This document shows positions 18,225-29,309 of a stretch of DNA of 64,000 bases, in pieces (within the stretch, counting starts at the first letter, position 1; each line of letters begins with the position of its first letter). The position numbers and the translations under genes were made by a program. Source of the DNA: Methanocaldococcus sp. 28A (GTDB taxonomy: Archaea > AGJL01 > Methanococci > Methanococcales > Methanocaldococcaceae). The notes beneath the pieces were generated by a model. That model worked only from the letters and a program-made list of their open reading frames with translations. It made no database searches and had not been told where the DNA came from. The DNA lies in assembly GCA_049852185.1 (NCBI GenBank), contig CP187540.1. One strand, given 5' to 3'.

Positions 18225-19418
18225 ATGCTAAATCTTCCATATTTAATTTTAGGCATAATATGTGGTACTATTACAGGTTTATTTCCAGGAATTCATCCAA
18301 ATAATATAGTAGCTTTGTCATTATTAATTTTGCCATATTTTGGAATAGATAATTACGTTCTATTTTTAATTGGTTTAGTTATAACACATTATTTTATAAA
18401 TTTTATTCCTTCAGCTTTTTTAGGTGTGCCAGATGATGAAACTGCAACATCAGTTTTACCAATGCATAGATTAACATTAAATGGAAAAGGTTATGAAGCT
18501 GTTGTATTGGCTGGATTTGGAAGCTATTTAGGTGTTATTTTTTCAATAATTATTACTTTATTTTTAATTTTTATATTAAATATAGATATTAACTCTTTTT
18601 ATTATTCAGCAAAGCCTTTTATTCCTTTTATTTTAATTACTTTAGTTCTATATCAAATTTTAACATCAAAATCAATCTGGGAAATTTTGGTCATATTTTT
18701 ATCAGGAATTTTTGGAATAGCAGTTTTATATTGCAATGATGCTTACAATATAACATTAACAGCAATATTTACTGGAATGTTTGGAATTCCTTTACTTATA
18801 AATAATTTAAAAACCTACAAAATAAAAAGTCAAATAATAACGTTCCCTGATTTTGATATAAAGTTTTTAAAATCGTCTTTTTTTGCTTCTATTGTAGGAT
18901 TTTTTAGAATATTTTTGCCAGGTATGAGTGGAGCTCAATTAAACTATATTTTGAGTAAAATTTTAAATGAAAAGGATTTGAAGAATTTTATTATTTCTCA
19001 GGGAAGTATTATTTTGTCTAATGAAGTTTTTTCTTTACTCTCTATAATATTTATAGGAATTGGTAGAAGTGGAGTTGCAAGAGCGATACAACATTTGCAT
19101 GCAAATATTAATTTGAATATAGCAATATTTTCTATTCTAATTTCTTCTACAATTGCATTAGTTATTCTAATAAATTTATCCAAATACATCCTTCTTTTTA
19201 TTAGAAAAGTTAATTTTAAATATCTATCTCTATTTTTTATAATGTTTTGTTCCTTTATTATAGTTATCGGAAGCTATAACACATATTTAAGTTATCATAT
19301 TATTGTATATTTAACATCAATTTGTATAGGGCTTTTAGCATTAAAAAGTCAATCAAAGCTATCAAATATGATGAACGTCTTAATATTCCCAACGATATTG
19401 TATTTCTTATGGGGATAA
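18225..19418 (+). CDS. Tripartite tricarboxylate transporter TctA-like membrane protein
   Basis: GLFPGIHPN and IPSAFLGVP motifs; multi-TM. Confidence 0.75.
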   Translation: MLNLPYLILGIICGTITGLFPGIHPNNIVALSLLILPYFGIDNYVLFLIGLVITHYFINFIPSAFLGVPDDETATSVLPMHRLTLNGKGYEAVVLAGFGSYLGVIFSIIITLFLIFILNIDINSFYYSAKPFIPFILITLVLYQILTSKSIWEILVIFLSGIFGIAVLYCNDAYNITLTAIFTGMFGIPLLINNLKTYKIKSQIITFPDFDIKFLKSSFFASIVGFFRIFLPGMSGAQLNYILSKILNEKDLKNFIISQGSIILSNEVFSLLSIIFIGIGRSGVARAIQHLHANINLNIAIFSILISSTIALVILINLSKYILLFIRKVNFKYLSLFFIMFCSFIIVIGSYNTYLSYHIIVYLTSICIGLLALKSQSKLSNMMNVLIFPTILYFLWG

Positions 19419-19419
19419 T

Positions 19420-20376
19420 ATGGATTTAAAACGTCATATTTTTAATAAAAGGACGATACTTTCTTTTATAATATCTTTGGGAATAGTTCTATATATCTTT
19501 TCAAAGATAGATTTGGATAAATTAATATTAATTTTAAAACATACAAAAATTATTTATTATTTTTTTGCAATAGCAATGTTCTATATTTCAATATTAATTA
19601 GAAGCTATCGTTGGAGAATTTTCTTAAAAAATGTGAATATTATTTTAAAGTTAAAAGATGCTTTTATATTGTATTATCTTTCAATGTTTGTAAATTCATT
19701 AGTTCCTGCTAAGTTAGGAGATATTTATAGAGGATACTTATTAAAAAAGAAAACTAATAAGTCAATATCATTGGGATTTGGAACTGTTTTTATTGAAAGG
19801 GTTTTTGACTTGATAGCGATGATTAGTTTATTATTTATCTCTGCTTACTTATCATTTAAATCAGATATTCCAAAGGAAATTCTTTATTCAATAAAATGGG
19901 GAGCTATTATAATTCTATTTTTGATTTTTCTAATTTTTGGTTTTTTAGTGGTTAATAATAAGTTAAATTTAAAAAATAAAAAATTAGAGGCAATATTGAT
20001 TAACTTTGAGAAAGGATTAAAAGCCGTAAAACTAAATACTTTCCCTTTATTGATTATTTTATCATTTATTGGGTGGTTTATTGAGGGATTAACTATTTAT
20101 TTTATATTTTTAGCATTAAATCTAAATTTAGAAATATCATTTGGAGTATTTTCTGATTTAGCGTCTTCTTTATTAACTGCAATTCCTATAACACCATCAG
20201 GATTGGGTATTGTAGAGTATGCATTAATTTATATATTAAAACTAAAAAGTATAGATGAAAATAAGGCCTTTGCTGTTCTTATTTTATATCGTTTAATATC
20301 ATATTTTTCAGTTGTTTTGTTTGGGGCGATAATGTTTTATATCGTTGAGGGAAATATTCTAAAAGAATCTAAATAG
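19420..20376 (+). CDS. UPF0104 / LPG-synthase TM (flippase-like) membrane protein
   Basis: RSYRW, PAKLGDIYR, ERVFD, PSGLGIVE, LYRLIS motifs. Confidence 0.85.
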   Translation: MDLKRHIFNKRTILSFIISLGIVLYIFSKIDLDKLILILKHTKIIYYFFAIAMFYISILIRSYRWRIFLKNVNIILKLKDAFILYYLSMFVNSLVPAKLGDIYRGYLLKKKTNKSISLGFGTVFIERVFDLIAMISLLFISAYLSFKSDIPKEILYSIKWGAIIILFLIFLIFGFLVVNNKLNLKNKKLEAILINFEKGLKAVKLNTFPLLIILSFIGWFIEGLTIYFIFLALNLNLEISFGVFSDLASSLLTAIPITPSGLGIVEYALIYILKLKSIDENKAFAVLILYRLISYFSVVLFGAIMFYIVEGNILKESK

Positions 20377-20410
20377 GACTTTTCTATATATATCATTCAA
20401 TGAATAATAA

Positions 20411-20504
20411 TAGGACTTTTGCAGTTTAATATAATTAAATTTAGAACATTGACACCTTTAGGTGTCTATATTTAATTAAAAAATTTATTCCTGCGAAAGT
20501 CCTA
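20411..20504. repeat. MITE family A, plus an extra solo TIR at 20374-20383
   Basis: TAGGACTTTTGCA ... TGCGAAAGTCCTA; internal GACACCT-TT-AGGTGTC palindrome. Confidence 0.85.
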
Positions 20505-20560
20505 TTTCAAAAATTTATCTTACCTTTTCAAAAACAATAAAATGTTATTGGTGATACAAA

Positions 20561-22126
20561 ATGAAACTTACATTTGACTTAGATGGGAAAATAATATTTG
20601 GCAAGGAGTTAAGTGAGGATGCTAAAAAAGCAGTCGAAGAGATTTTAAAAAATGCTGACCAAATATTTTTAAGAGGAGTTCCAAAGGGTAAAGAAAATGA
20701 GGCTTCAAAAATAATAAGCTATGAGTTTGAAGGAAATACATTAAAATTAAAAATTGTATCTGGAACTTATACAAGAGCTCATGAAGGTTTAATGAGATTA
20801 AGAAAGCCGTTAGCTGAAAAATTAGGAAGAAACTTTAGAATTGGAGTTAGAGGAATTGAAATAGATAATTATGTAATAACTATTGAAACAGAAGATGATA
20901 AAGCTAAAAAATTAGAGGGCATTAAAGTTCCAGAGTGCGAAGCAAAAGTTGAAGGGAATAAAATTATATTAACATTTAAAGACATTGGAGAGAGTGAATT
21001 AAAGAGAAATATTATTGATAGAGCAATAAAGTTTGTAAAAACAGAGTTAGAGAAAGAAGAAGAGGATTTGACATTTAAAGTTTGTAAGATTCCACCAGGG
21101 ACAATAGTTAGTAAATATAAAACTAAAAGGAAGATAACATTTGACAAAGACCCAACAGATGTTGCTGAAAAATTAGGATGGGTTAAAAAATTCCCTGGAA
21201 GAGGGCAGTGGTTCTATGCTCCACCAATAACCGCATTGTTTAGAGCTTTAGAGGAGTTGATAGTTGAAGAAGTCGTTAAAAAAATAGGCTTTGAAGAATG
21301 TTTATTCCCAAAACTCATTCCATTGGAAATTATGTATAAGATGAGATATTTAGAGGGTTTGCCAGAAGGAATGTATTATGTATGCCCACCTAAAAGAGAG
21401 CCTGAACTTTTCAAAGAGTTTGTAAATGAAATGATGATTAAAAAGGAGATTCCAATTGAAAAATTAAAAACTCTACTTAGAGACCCTGGCTATGTATTAG
21501 CTCCAGCTCAATGTGAGCCATTCTATCAATTCTTTGAAGGGGAGGTTATAGATGTTGATAAACCAATAATGTTCTTTGATAGAAGTGGATGGACATATAG
21601 ATGGGAAGGAGGAGGAGCGAGAGGTTTAGATAGGGTTAATGAATTCTTGAGAATTGAGTGTGTTTGGATTGGAAGTCCAGAGTTTGTTGAAGAAACAAGA
21701 GATAAAACATTAAAATATGCTGAAAAATTAGCAGAAAAACTTGATTTAGAATATTGGGTTGAGGTTGGAGATGATCCATTCTATTTAGAAGGTAGAAAAA
21801 AAGAGGATAGAGGAATCGAATTCCCAGACGTGCCAAAGTATGAGATGAGGTTAGCTCTTCCATATATAAAAGATGAGAGAAAAGGAGTAGCTGTAACATC
21901 AGCAAATGTTCATGGAACACACTTTGTTGAGGGCTTTAGAATTAAGGATTACAAAGGTAGAAAAGTTTGGACAGGTTGTACTGGATATGGAATAACAAGA
22001 TGGGTTGTTGGATATTTAGCCCAATATGGGTTTGATTTTGATGATTGGCATCCTATTATAAAGAAAAAGATAAAAAAATTGCCTGAAGTTCCACAATTAA
22101 TAACGTGGCCTAAAAAAGATGAATAA
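20561..22126 (+). CDS. serS: Seryl-tRNA synthetase, methanogen (type 2) form
   Basis: RAHEG N-terminal domain, [22 protein letters not shown]. Confidence 0.95.
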   Translation: MKLTFDLDGKIIFGKELSEDAKKAVEEILKNADQIFLRGVPKGKENEASKIISYEFEGNTLKLKIVSGTYTRAHEGLMRLRKPLAEKLGRNFRIGVRGIEIDNYVITIETEDDKAKKLEGIKVPECEAKVEGNKIILTFKDIGESELKRNIIDRAIKFVKTELEKEEEDLTFKVCKIPPGTIVSKYKTKRKITFDKDPTDVAEKLGWVKKFPGRGQWFYAPPITALFRALEELIVEEVVKKIGFEECLFPKLIPLEIMYKMRYLEGLPEGMYYVCPPKREPELFKEFVNEMMIKKEIPIEKLKTLLRDPGYVLAPAQCEPFYQFFEGEVIDVDKPIMFFDRSGWTYRWEGGGARGLDRVNEFLRIECVWIGSPEFVEETRDKTLKYAEKLAEKLDLEYWVEVGDDPFYLEGRKKEDRGIEFPDVPKYEMRLALPYIKDERKGVAVTSANVHGTHFVEGFRIKDYKGRKVWTGCTGYGITRWVVGYLAQYGFDFDDWHPIIKKKIKKLPEVPQLITWPKKDE

Positions 22127-22177
22127 ACTTTTTTTACATTTTTTTAACTGTTTGGTGATAAAATGGAATTCTACTAA

Positions 22178-22343
22178 CCATAGGGCTTCGCCCTATTGGG
22201 ATACCCGGGATGCATTATCTCGCTTCGCTCGATAATGCCTCTTCTTTATCAAGAAATAAAAAATATAAAACTTCAGGGGTATACCAATAGGGGGCTCTGC
22301 CCCCTATGGATGTATTGCCTCGCTTCGCTCGGCAATGCCTCTT
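22178..22343. repeat. Composite palindromic element family C (CCATAG-hairpin-CTATTGG-ATAC units plus TCGCTTCGCT-loop hairpins)
   Basis: Two inverted CCATAGGG..CCCTATTGG units and two direct copies of a hairpin with compensatory changes. Confidence 0.8.
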
Positions 22344-22363
22344 AATATGTAAAAGGTGAAACT

Positions 22364-23428
22364 ATGAGATTTTTCGATAGAGAAAAAGAACTCAACTATC
22401 TAAAAACCTACTGTCAATTAGAGCCGAACTCCATATTATTCGTTTATGGACCAAAATCATCAGGTAAAACTAGAGTAATGCTCAAAGTTATAGAGGAGTT
22501 AAATAAAAGAGACAATATAGTATTTTTCTATTATGACTTAAGAAGGTATGCAACACCTACAAAGGAAGAGTTTTTAAAAATATTTTTTAAAAAAGGAGAT
22601 AAGAAATATATTTTAAATAAATTTGAAATAAATTTAAAAATCTTTAGATTTGGTATAGAAGAGAATTTTGACTTTAATAATTTATCTTTAAATGATGTTT
22701 TTGACAAAATCTATGAAAGTATTGAAGCAGTTATAAAAGAAGGTAAAAAACCAGTTTTAATTATTGATGAGTTGCAGAAATTGAAAAATATCTATTTTAA
22801 CACTGAAAATCAAAGATTTTCAGCGTCTCCTTCGCTTCGCTTCGGAGATGGAGGTAAATCCTTATTAAATGAGCTATTTAATTTATTTGTTCATTTAACA
22901 AAGGTAAGGCATTTATGTCATGTTATCTGCTTAACCTCTGATACTTTATTTATTGAAGAGATTTATAGGAATTCTACATTAGAAAATGCTGCAAAATATT
23001 ATTTGATTGATTGGTTGGAGAAAAATAGCATTAGAGAGATTTTAAAAGAAGATGGTTTTAGTGAGGAGGAAATTAATTATTGCTTAAAATATCTTTCTTT
23101 GCCTTATGAAATAGTTGATTTGATTGAGAATAAAAAATTAGGAATTTCCGTTGAAGAAACTATAAGGCAGTGGATTAATATAGATGCGGATAAGATAAAA
23201 TATTTAATAGATACTTCCGATTTAAATGAAGAAGAGATTTATAAAGTTCTTTCTAAGTTTAAGGATAAAATAAAAATTAACTATAAAACAGATGTAAAAA
23301 AAGAGGAAACGAAATATATAAAATTTTTAATTGAGAATGAGATTTTGTTTTATGATGTTGTTAATGGGATAATTAAACCGACATCAATAAAAAAATGGTA
23401 TGCCATAAAAGAAATTTTAGAAAAATAG
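22364..23428 (+). CDS. Archaeal (MJ-type/STAND-like) ATPase, ATPase_2 family
   Basis: FFDREKE, Walker [10 protein letters not shown], Walker [18 protein letters not shown]. Confidence 0.9.
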   Translation: MRFFDREKELNYLKTYCQLEPNSILFVYGPKSSGKTRVMLKVIEELNKRDNIVFFYYDLRRYATPTKEEFLKIFFKKGDKKYILNKFEINLKIFRFGIEENFDFNNLSLNDVFDKIYESIEAVIKEGKKPVLIIDELQKLKNIYFNTENQRFSASPSLRFGDGGKSLLNELFNLFVHLTKVRHLCHVICLTSDTLFIEEIYRNSTLENAAKYYLIDWLEKNSIREILKEDGFSEEEINYCLKYLSLPYEIVDLIENKKLGISVEETIRQWINIDADKIKYLIDTSDLNEEEIYKVLSKFKDKIKINYKTDVKKEETKYIKFLIENEILFYDVVNGIIKPTSIKKWYAIKEILEK

Positions 23429-23436
23429 GTGATTTA

Positions 23437-24876
23437 ATGATAATTAAAAAAATAAAAATGGATATCTCTCCATTAGATGTTTATGAGCAAATTAGAGGAG
23501 AGAATACATTTTTGTTGGAATCAGCTGAAGGAGTTCCAAAGGTTGCGAGATATTCAATATTAGGAAAAGCTGAAGGAAAAGTAATATTTAAAAATAATAG
23601 GTTAAAAGTTGAAAGCTTTACAGAATTTGGAGATAAAGTTAAAGATTTAGAAGGTAAATATGATTGCCCATTAGAAGCTTTAAGGGATGTTAGAAATAAA
23701 TATCTCAAATATATAAATATAGAGAACATTGAGCCAATACCAAGATTTAAGGGAGGTTTGGTTGGGTATTTAAGCTATGACATTATCAGATATTGGATTG
23801 ATTTATCTAATATTAATCTAAAGCCAATTAATGATTTAAAATTCCCAGATGCAGAGTTTTTTATTGTTAAAGACTTTATTTCATTTGATTTAAAAGAAAA
23901 AGTAATCAATTTAATAGCAGAAAATAGAGAAGGAATTAAAGAACTTGAAAAAATTATTGAGAATGCAAAAATCAATAATAACGAGAAGAAAAAAGAAAAA
24001 ACTGAAGAAAAAGAAAATAAAGAATTAAAAATAAAATCTAATATGAGTAAGGAAAAATTTATTGAAGCCGTTAAAAAAGCTAAGGAGTATATTTTTGCAG
24101 GAGATATATTCCAGGTAGTTTTATCAAGAAGAATAGAGATAGATTTAGACAACTTAGATTATTTAGAAATATATAAAAAAGTTAGAGTGATAAATCCCTC
24201 TCCATATATGTATTACTTAGATTTTGGTGATAGGAAGATTATTGGTTCATCTCCAGAGATTTTGGTAAGAACAGATTACAAAGATGGAAAAAGATTAGTT
24301 ATAACAAGACCTATAGCTGGGACAATCAAAAGGGGAAGAACAGAAGAAGAAGATAAAGAGTTAGAGAAAAAGCTATTAGGAGATGAGAAAGAAAGAGCTG
24401 AGCACGTTATGCTTGTAGATTTGGCAAGGAATGATATTGGAAAGATATCAAAATTTGGAACTGTCAAAGTAACTGATTTCATGGTAATAGAGAAATATTC
24501 TCATGTTCAGCATATTGTAAGTAATGTTGTTGGAGAGTTAAAAGATAATTATGACTCTTTCTTAGCTGTAAAAGCTACTTTCCCAGCGGGAACTTTGAGT
24601 GGAGCTCCAAAAGTTAGGGCTATGGAGATAATTGAAGAACTTGAAAAAACATATAGAGGACCTTATGGAGGAGGAGTAGGCTATTTTGGATGGGATGATT
24701 TAATGGACTTAGCAATAACAATCAGAACCTTTGTAATCTCAAAAAATAAAGGCTATATTCAAGTAGGAGCAGGAATTGTAGCTGATTCAATCCCAGAAAA
24801 TGAATGGGAAGAGACAGAGAGAAAGGGAATGGCTAATGTTAAAACCATTGAGAGTTTAATTAGAGAAAAAACATAA
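23437..24876 (+). CDS. trpE: Anthranilate synthase component I
   Basis: [53 protein letters not shown]. Confidence 0.95.
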   Translation: MIIKKIKMDISPLDVYEQIRGENTFLLESAEGVPKVARYSILGKAEGKVIFKNNRLKVESFTEFGDKVKDLEGKYDCPLEALRDVRNKYLKYINIENIEPIPRFKGGLVGYLSYDIIRYWIDLSNINLKPINDLKFPDAEFFIVKDFISFDLKEKVINLIAENREGIKELEKIIENAKINNNEKKKEKTEEKENKELKIKSNMSKEKFIEAVKKAKEYIFAGDIFQVVLSRRIEIDLDNLDYLEIYKKVRVINPSPYMYYLDFGDRKIIGSSPEILVRTDYKDGKRLVITRPIAGTIKRGRTEEEDKELEKKLLGDEKERAEHVMLVDLARNDIGKISKFGTVKVTDFMVIEKYSHVQHIVSNVVGELKDNYDSFLAVKATFPAGTLSGAPKVRAMEIIEELEKTYRGPYGGGVGYFGWDDLMDLAITIRTFVISKNKGYIQVGAGIVADSIPENEWEETERKGMANVKTIESLIREKT

Positions 24877-24924
24877 GATTTAATTAAAATTAAAAATTAA
24901 ACATAAATACCTTTGGTGAATAAA

Positions 24925-26019
24925 ATGAAATTTTTTAACAGAGAAAAAGAGATAAAAGAAATTTTGTCCATTATAGAGGGGGAACCTAATTTTATTTATT
25001 TTATTTTTGGTCCTATAAACAGTGGAAAATCGACATTGATAAGAGAGATAGTAACAAATAGATTAAATAAATCCAAATACATTCCATTTTTTATTGATTT
25101 TAGGACGAGAAATATAGTAAATGTCGATAACTTTATTGAATGTTTATTTGAAGTGGATGAGAAATCGAAGATAGATGATTTTAGAGAGTATGCAAAAAGT
25201 TTGGCAGAGATGTTAGCTAAAGGTTCGGAAGAGATTAGTAAGTATTATTTAGGTATGCCAATAATGATTCCTAAATCATTTTTTGATAAGATATTTAATA
25301 AGAATGGTAAATCAGGAGACGTTTATCAATATATAGAATACTTATTTGCTAAATTAAATGAAAAAGGTAAAAAACCTATATTAATTTTTGATGAACTCCA
25401 AATGATTAAAGAAATTACATTAAACGGTAATAGATTATTGTTATGGAGTCTATTCCAATTCTTAGTAGCATTAACTAAAGTCCAACATCTCTGTCATGTT
25501 TTTTGTATAAGCTCTGATAGTTTATTTATTGAATATGTTTATAACGCTGGGGAATTAGAAGAGAGGGCAGATTATATATTAGTAGATGATTTTAATAAAG
25601 AAACGGCCTTTAGTTTTATGGACTTTTTAGCTAATGAGATATTAAATAAAAGTCTCTCTAATGAAGAAAAAGAATTAATTTACTCTTACGTTGGTGGGAA
25701 ACCAGTATCAATTTATAAAATTATTGACAAAATGAGGTATAAAAAATTAAATAAAATCCTAAATGAAATGTTAAAAATAGAAACTTCAAAATTGAAATAC
25801 TTTTTAGAAGAGGTTAAAGAGGATGACAATGAATTATATAATGAAGTAGTTAAGGCATTGTCTCTATTTAAGGAAAGTTATATAATTGAGTGTGATAAAA
25901 TACCTAAAAAAATTAGGGAGTTCCTAATTAAAAGAAATATTTTATTTTTAAATCCAATAGAAGATACTCTAAAACCTCAATCTTTCTTAGTTTGGAATGC
26001 TATAAAAAAAGTCTTATAA
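24925..26019 (+). CDS. Archaeal (MJ-type) ATPase, paralogue of 22364-23428
   Basis: [27 protein letters not shown]. Confidence 0.9.
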   Translation: MKFFNREKEIKEILSIIEGEPNFIYFIFGPINSGKSTLIREIVTNRLNKSKYIPFFIDFRTRNIVNVDNFIECLFEVDEKSKIDDFREYAKSLAEMLAKGSEEISKYYLGMPIMIPKSFFDKIFNKNGKSGDVYQYIEYLFAKLNEKGKKPILIFDELQMIKEITLNGNRLLLWSLFQFLVALTKVQHLCHVFCISSDSLFIEYVYNAGELEERADYILVDDFNKETAFSFMDFLANEILNKSLSNEEKELIYSYVGGKPVSIYKIIDKMRYKKLNKILNEMLKIETSKLKYFLEEVKEDDNELYNEVVKALSLFKESYIIECDKIPKKIREFLIKRNILFLNPIEDTLKPQSFLVWNAIKKVL

Positions 26020-26067
26020 ATTATTATTGTTATATTTATAAACTTAATATAAAAGGAGGGGATAAAC

Positions 26068-26961
26068 ATAATTAAAAAACTAATTGAAAGTTTAAAACAA
26101 GCGCAAGAGGAAGATTTTAAAATATTAAAAATTATAGAACTGTCAATGAGATATCATGAGTGGGTGCCATTAGATGAGATTGTTAGAAAAGCAAAGATGC
26201 CAGAAAAGGATGTGTTATATAGATTAAAAAGATTAAATAAATTTGGATTTGTTGTTAGAAGCACTTATGGTTATGCAGTCTCAATGGGAGGTTATGATGC
26301 CTTAGCTGTAAATGCATTTTTTAAAAAAGGTATCTTAAAAGCTATAGGCAATAAGTTGGGAGTTGGTAAGGAGGGGGATGTTTATAACGTATTGTTAGAG
26401 GATGGTAGAGAGGCGGTTTTAAAATTCCATAAACATGGTAGGACGTGCTTTACAAGAGGAAAAAGATATAGGGGATATTTAGCTGATAAACATCATATAA
26501 GCTGGCTCTATGTTTCAAGATTAACAGCTCAACAAGAATTTGAGATATTAAATGAGCTCTTTCCAACAGTTAAAGTTCCTGAGCCAATAGAATGGAATAG
26601 GCATGCTATAATTATGGGAAAAGTTGTTGGTGAAGAGCTAAAGAGATTAGATTTATCAGAATTTATGAGTAAAGAGGAAATTAAAGATATATTCTGGAAG
26701 ATTATTGAAGAGGTTAAAAAAGCTTATAAAATTGGCTATATACATGGTGATTTGAGTGAATTCAATATCTTATTAGATGAGAGTGGAGATTTTGTTATTA
26801 TAGATTGGCCTCAAGCAATACCTACATATCATCCAGATGCTGAATTCTACTTAAAGAGAGACATTTGGAATGTTATAAGATACTTCAAAAAGTATAAGAT
26901 TGATAAAGAGGATGAGAGAATTGATGTTGATAAAATTTTTAAATATATAACTGAAAAATAA
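26068..26961 (+). CDS. rio2: RIO2-type serine/threonine kinase (proposed ATA start at 26068; first ATG is at 26146)
   Basis: HEWVP winged helix, GVGKEG, IHGDLSEFN, IDWPQ. The frame is open 26 codons upstream to an ATA after RBS GGAGGGGA. Confidence 0.9.
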   Translation: MIKKLIESLKQAQEEDFKILKIIELSMRYHEWVPLDEIVRKAKMPEKDVLYRLKRLNKFGFVVRSTYGYAVSMGGYDALAVNAFFKKGILKAIGNKLGVGKEGDVYNVLLEDGREAVLKFHKHGRTCFTRGKRYRGYLADKHHISWLYVSRLTAQQEFEILNELFPTVKVPEPIEWNRHAIIMGKVVGEELKRLDLSEFMSKEEIKDIFWKIIEEVKKAYKIGYIHGDLSEFNILLDESGDFVIIDWPQAIPTYHPDAEFYLKRDIWNVIRYFKKYKIDKEDERIDVDKIFKYITEK

Positions 26962-27029
26962 AGTATTAAAAAAGAGTGATTTCTATGAATGTTAGAGAAA
27001 TTAAAATAAAAATTATTCCATTTTATTAA

Positions 27030-27126
27030 AGCATAGAGTTAAGAGGGCATCTTCAAAAGACCAAACAGGTTCATAACCTAAATATTTTTTAGCGTTATTT
27101 AAATCTGCCTGTGTAAAGTCTTGATA
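27030..27126 (-). pseudogene. C-terminal remnant of an NAD-dependent sugar epimerase (HldD/GalE-like)
   Basis: Minus frame reads YQDFTQADLNNAKKYLGYEPVWSFEDAL and abuts the IS end. Confidence 0.6.
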
Positions 27127-28312
27127 CAGTATCTACGAATATGCATAGGTATACACAACCAAGTATTACGCATAACCATGATTGAATAATCAAACTCATC
27201 TAATAACTTAGTAATTTCGACGATGGAGAATTTTAAAGAAATACATTCTTTTTTATTACGAATTTTAATCCATAAGTTATGAATAACGCATTTAAGCATA
27301 AAAAGGAACAACCTAACTTTTAAAGAGGTTGATTTCGTTTTTATAACTGCATCTTTAAGCATTCTAAATTGTGTTTCAATATTCCATCGTTTTTTATACA
27401 TTTTTATGTAAGATTCTTGATTTTCAAAGTTGATATTAGTTAAAAAGGTATATTATACCTTTTTTCTTTCGTTGTTTGTAATTATTTCGTCCTCAGCAAT
27501 AACTAATTTAGGAATAGTATTTTTATCAATAACATAATCAAATTTCCATTTTTCTTCTTTTTTATATTCATCCTCAAGATAGTATTTAACTTTATCATTT
27601 TTCGGAATAAAGCTTATGTAATTACATCCGTATTTTTCAAAAATTTTTATTATTTCAAAATTTTTAAACTCTCTATCGGTAAGTACTACAATATTAGATG
27701 GATTTATTTCTAAATCGTTAATAGTAAAGTCCATAAATTCCTTCACATGATTAAGCAACGAATATTCCTTAAAAAGAATATCACAATAGATTATTAACGA
27801 AAAATCTTCTGTATGTAAAGTAGCAGCTATATATTTATACGAACCAGTACTGCCCCTCTCTTTTCTATATTCGTGAATTAATTCTAAATCTAAATTATTA
27901 CCATAATAATGCGTATCTATCGATAGGCAAAAATTTCTATTATTTTTTTTAAATCATTGAATATATTTTTAACAAAAGATTTATAAATTTCTTTAAACAT
28001 AGAATTACCTGCCTTATTTATATATCGATAGTAAAAGTCTGCCGATGGATAATTTAGCTTGCTAATGGTCTCTAAATATGTATTATATTATTCGACATCG
28101 CCTCTATAAATCCTCTTGTATAATCTTCAACTCGATAAATCCTTGGACAAATTTGAAGAACATTGTTTATGAATTCGTTAAATTCATTAAATGATTTTAT
28201 AGCCAACAATCTTATGTCGTTCATTGTTCTACATCCTCCTATTTTTTTAATAACTATTCGATATTATGAAATATTAACTTTTTTATTTATTTTATGATGT
28301 TCGGAGATACTG
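27127..28312 (-). mobile_element. ISH3/IS4-like insertion sequence with a fragmented transposase
   Basis: TIRs CAGTATCTACGAATAT / CAGTATCTCCGAACAT. Fragments LSIDTHYYG, VLTDREF, YKKRWNIETQFR. ATG at 28224 with RBS AGGAGG. Multiple frameshifts and no target duplication seen. Confidence 0.85.
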
Positions 28313-28344
28313 TAAATAATTGAATAATCGAGCTCATCTAATAA

Positions 28345-28435
28345 TAGGACTTTCGCACTTTATGTATTAGTTTGGAATTTAGACACCTTTAAGGTGTCCA
28401 TGTTCAATAAAAAATTTATTCTTACGAAAGTCCTA
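28345..28435. repeat. MITE family A
   Basis: TAGGACTTTCGCA ... TACGAAAGTCCTA; internal GACACCTT-T-AAGGTGTC. Confidence 0.85.
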
Positions 28436-28437
28436 TA

Positions 28438-28564
28438 AAAAAGAATGTATTTCTTTAAAATTCTTCATCGTCGAAATATGTAAGTTATTAAATGAGTTCG
28501 ATTATTCAATCATGGTTATGCGTAATACTCCGTTGTGTATACCTATGCATATTCGTAGATACTG
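28438..28564 (+). mobile_element. Right-end fragment of a second, inverted copy of the ISH3-like element
   Basis: Reverse complement of ~27127-27253 with scattered mismatches; ends in TIR TTCGTAGATACTG. Confidence 0.85.
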
Positions 28565-28585
28565 TTTTATGTTCTAAGGGATAAT

Positions 28586-29305
28586 ATGAAGATAGTTTGG
28601 TGCATATCTGGAGCGGGACATTTATTAAGAGAGAGCTTTCAAGTAATGAAAAAATTGAAAGAAAATATTGAGGGCTTAAAAGTTACTACTCTAATCTCAA
28701 GGGCTGGAGAGGAAGTTGTAAAAATGTATGGTTTATTTGAAGAATTAAAATATATCTCTAATGGAAATTATTATGAAGAGTTAATTTTAGAGAGAGAGCA
28801 TCCTTATTCATCTCCAATTACTGGTAGGTTAAGTTTAGGGAAATATGATTATTTAATATCCTCTCCAACATCTGGAAATACTGTTGCTAAAGTAGTTAAT
28901 GGCATAGCCGACAGTTTAGTAACAAATGCTATAGCTCAGGCTGGAAAAGGTTTTGTTAAATCAATAATTGTTCCGGTTGATTACAAAGAGGGAATTGTTA
29001 TTACTAAACTTCCATACTCAATAGATAGGGAAAAATGCAAACTATGTTTAAAATGCATAAAAGTTTGTCCTAATGGAGCTATAATTAAAAGAGATAACTT
29101 TGTTGAAATCTACTTATCAAAATGTGTTGGCTGTGGAAAATGTAAAGAAATTTGCCAATATAATGCAATAATTGAAGGAAAAGAGATTAAAATGAGAGTT
29201 AGAAAAATAGATGCTGAAAATACTAAAAAATTAAAAGAATTAGAAGATGTCATTGTGTTAAAACATCCTTATGAGATTTTAGACTTTTTTGGAATTTATA
29301 AGTGA
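28586..29305 (+). CDS. Archaeal flavoprotein (AfpA/DmrX-like dihydromethanopterin reductase) with 2x[4Fe-4S] insert
   Basis: WCISGAGH, PTSGNTVAKVVNGIADSL, two CxxCxxCxxxC motifs. Confidence 0.85.
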   Translation: MKIVWCISGAGHLLRESFQVMKKLKENIEGLKVTTLISRAGEEVVKMYGLFEELKYISNGNYYEELILEREHPYSSPITGRLSLGKYDYLISSPTSGNTVAKVVNGIADSLVTNAIAQAGKGFVKSIIVPVDYKEGIVITKLPYSIDREKCKLCLKCIKVCPNGAIIKRDNFVEIYLSKCVGCGKCKEICQYNAIIEGKEIKMRVRKIDAENTKKLKELEDVIVLKHPYEILDFFGIYK

Positions 29306-29309
29306 AAAA

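Noticed and set aside
22364-26019. Two STAND-like ATPases flanking trpE as a defence island
   Set aside because: They belong to an expanded Methanocaldococcus ATPase family, and no effector domains or partner genes are visible.
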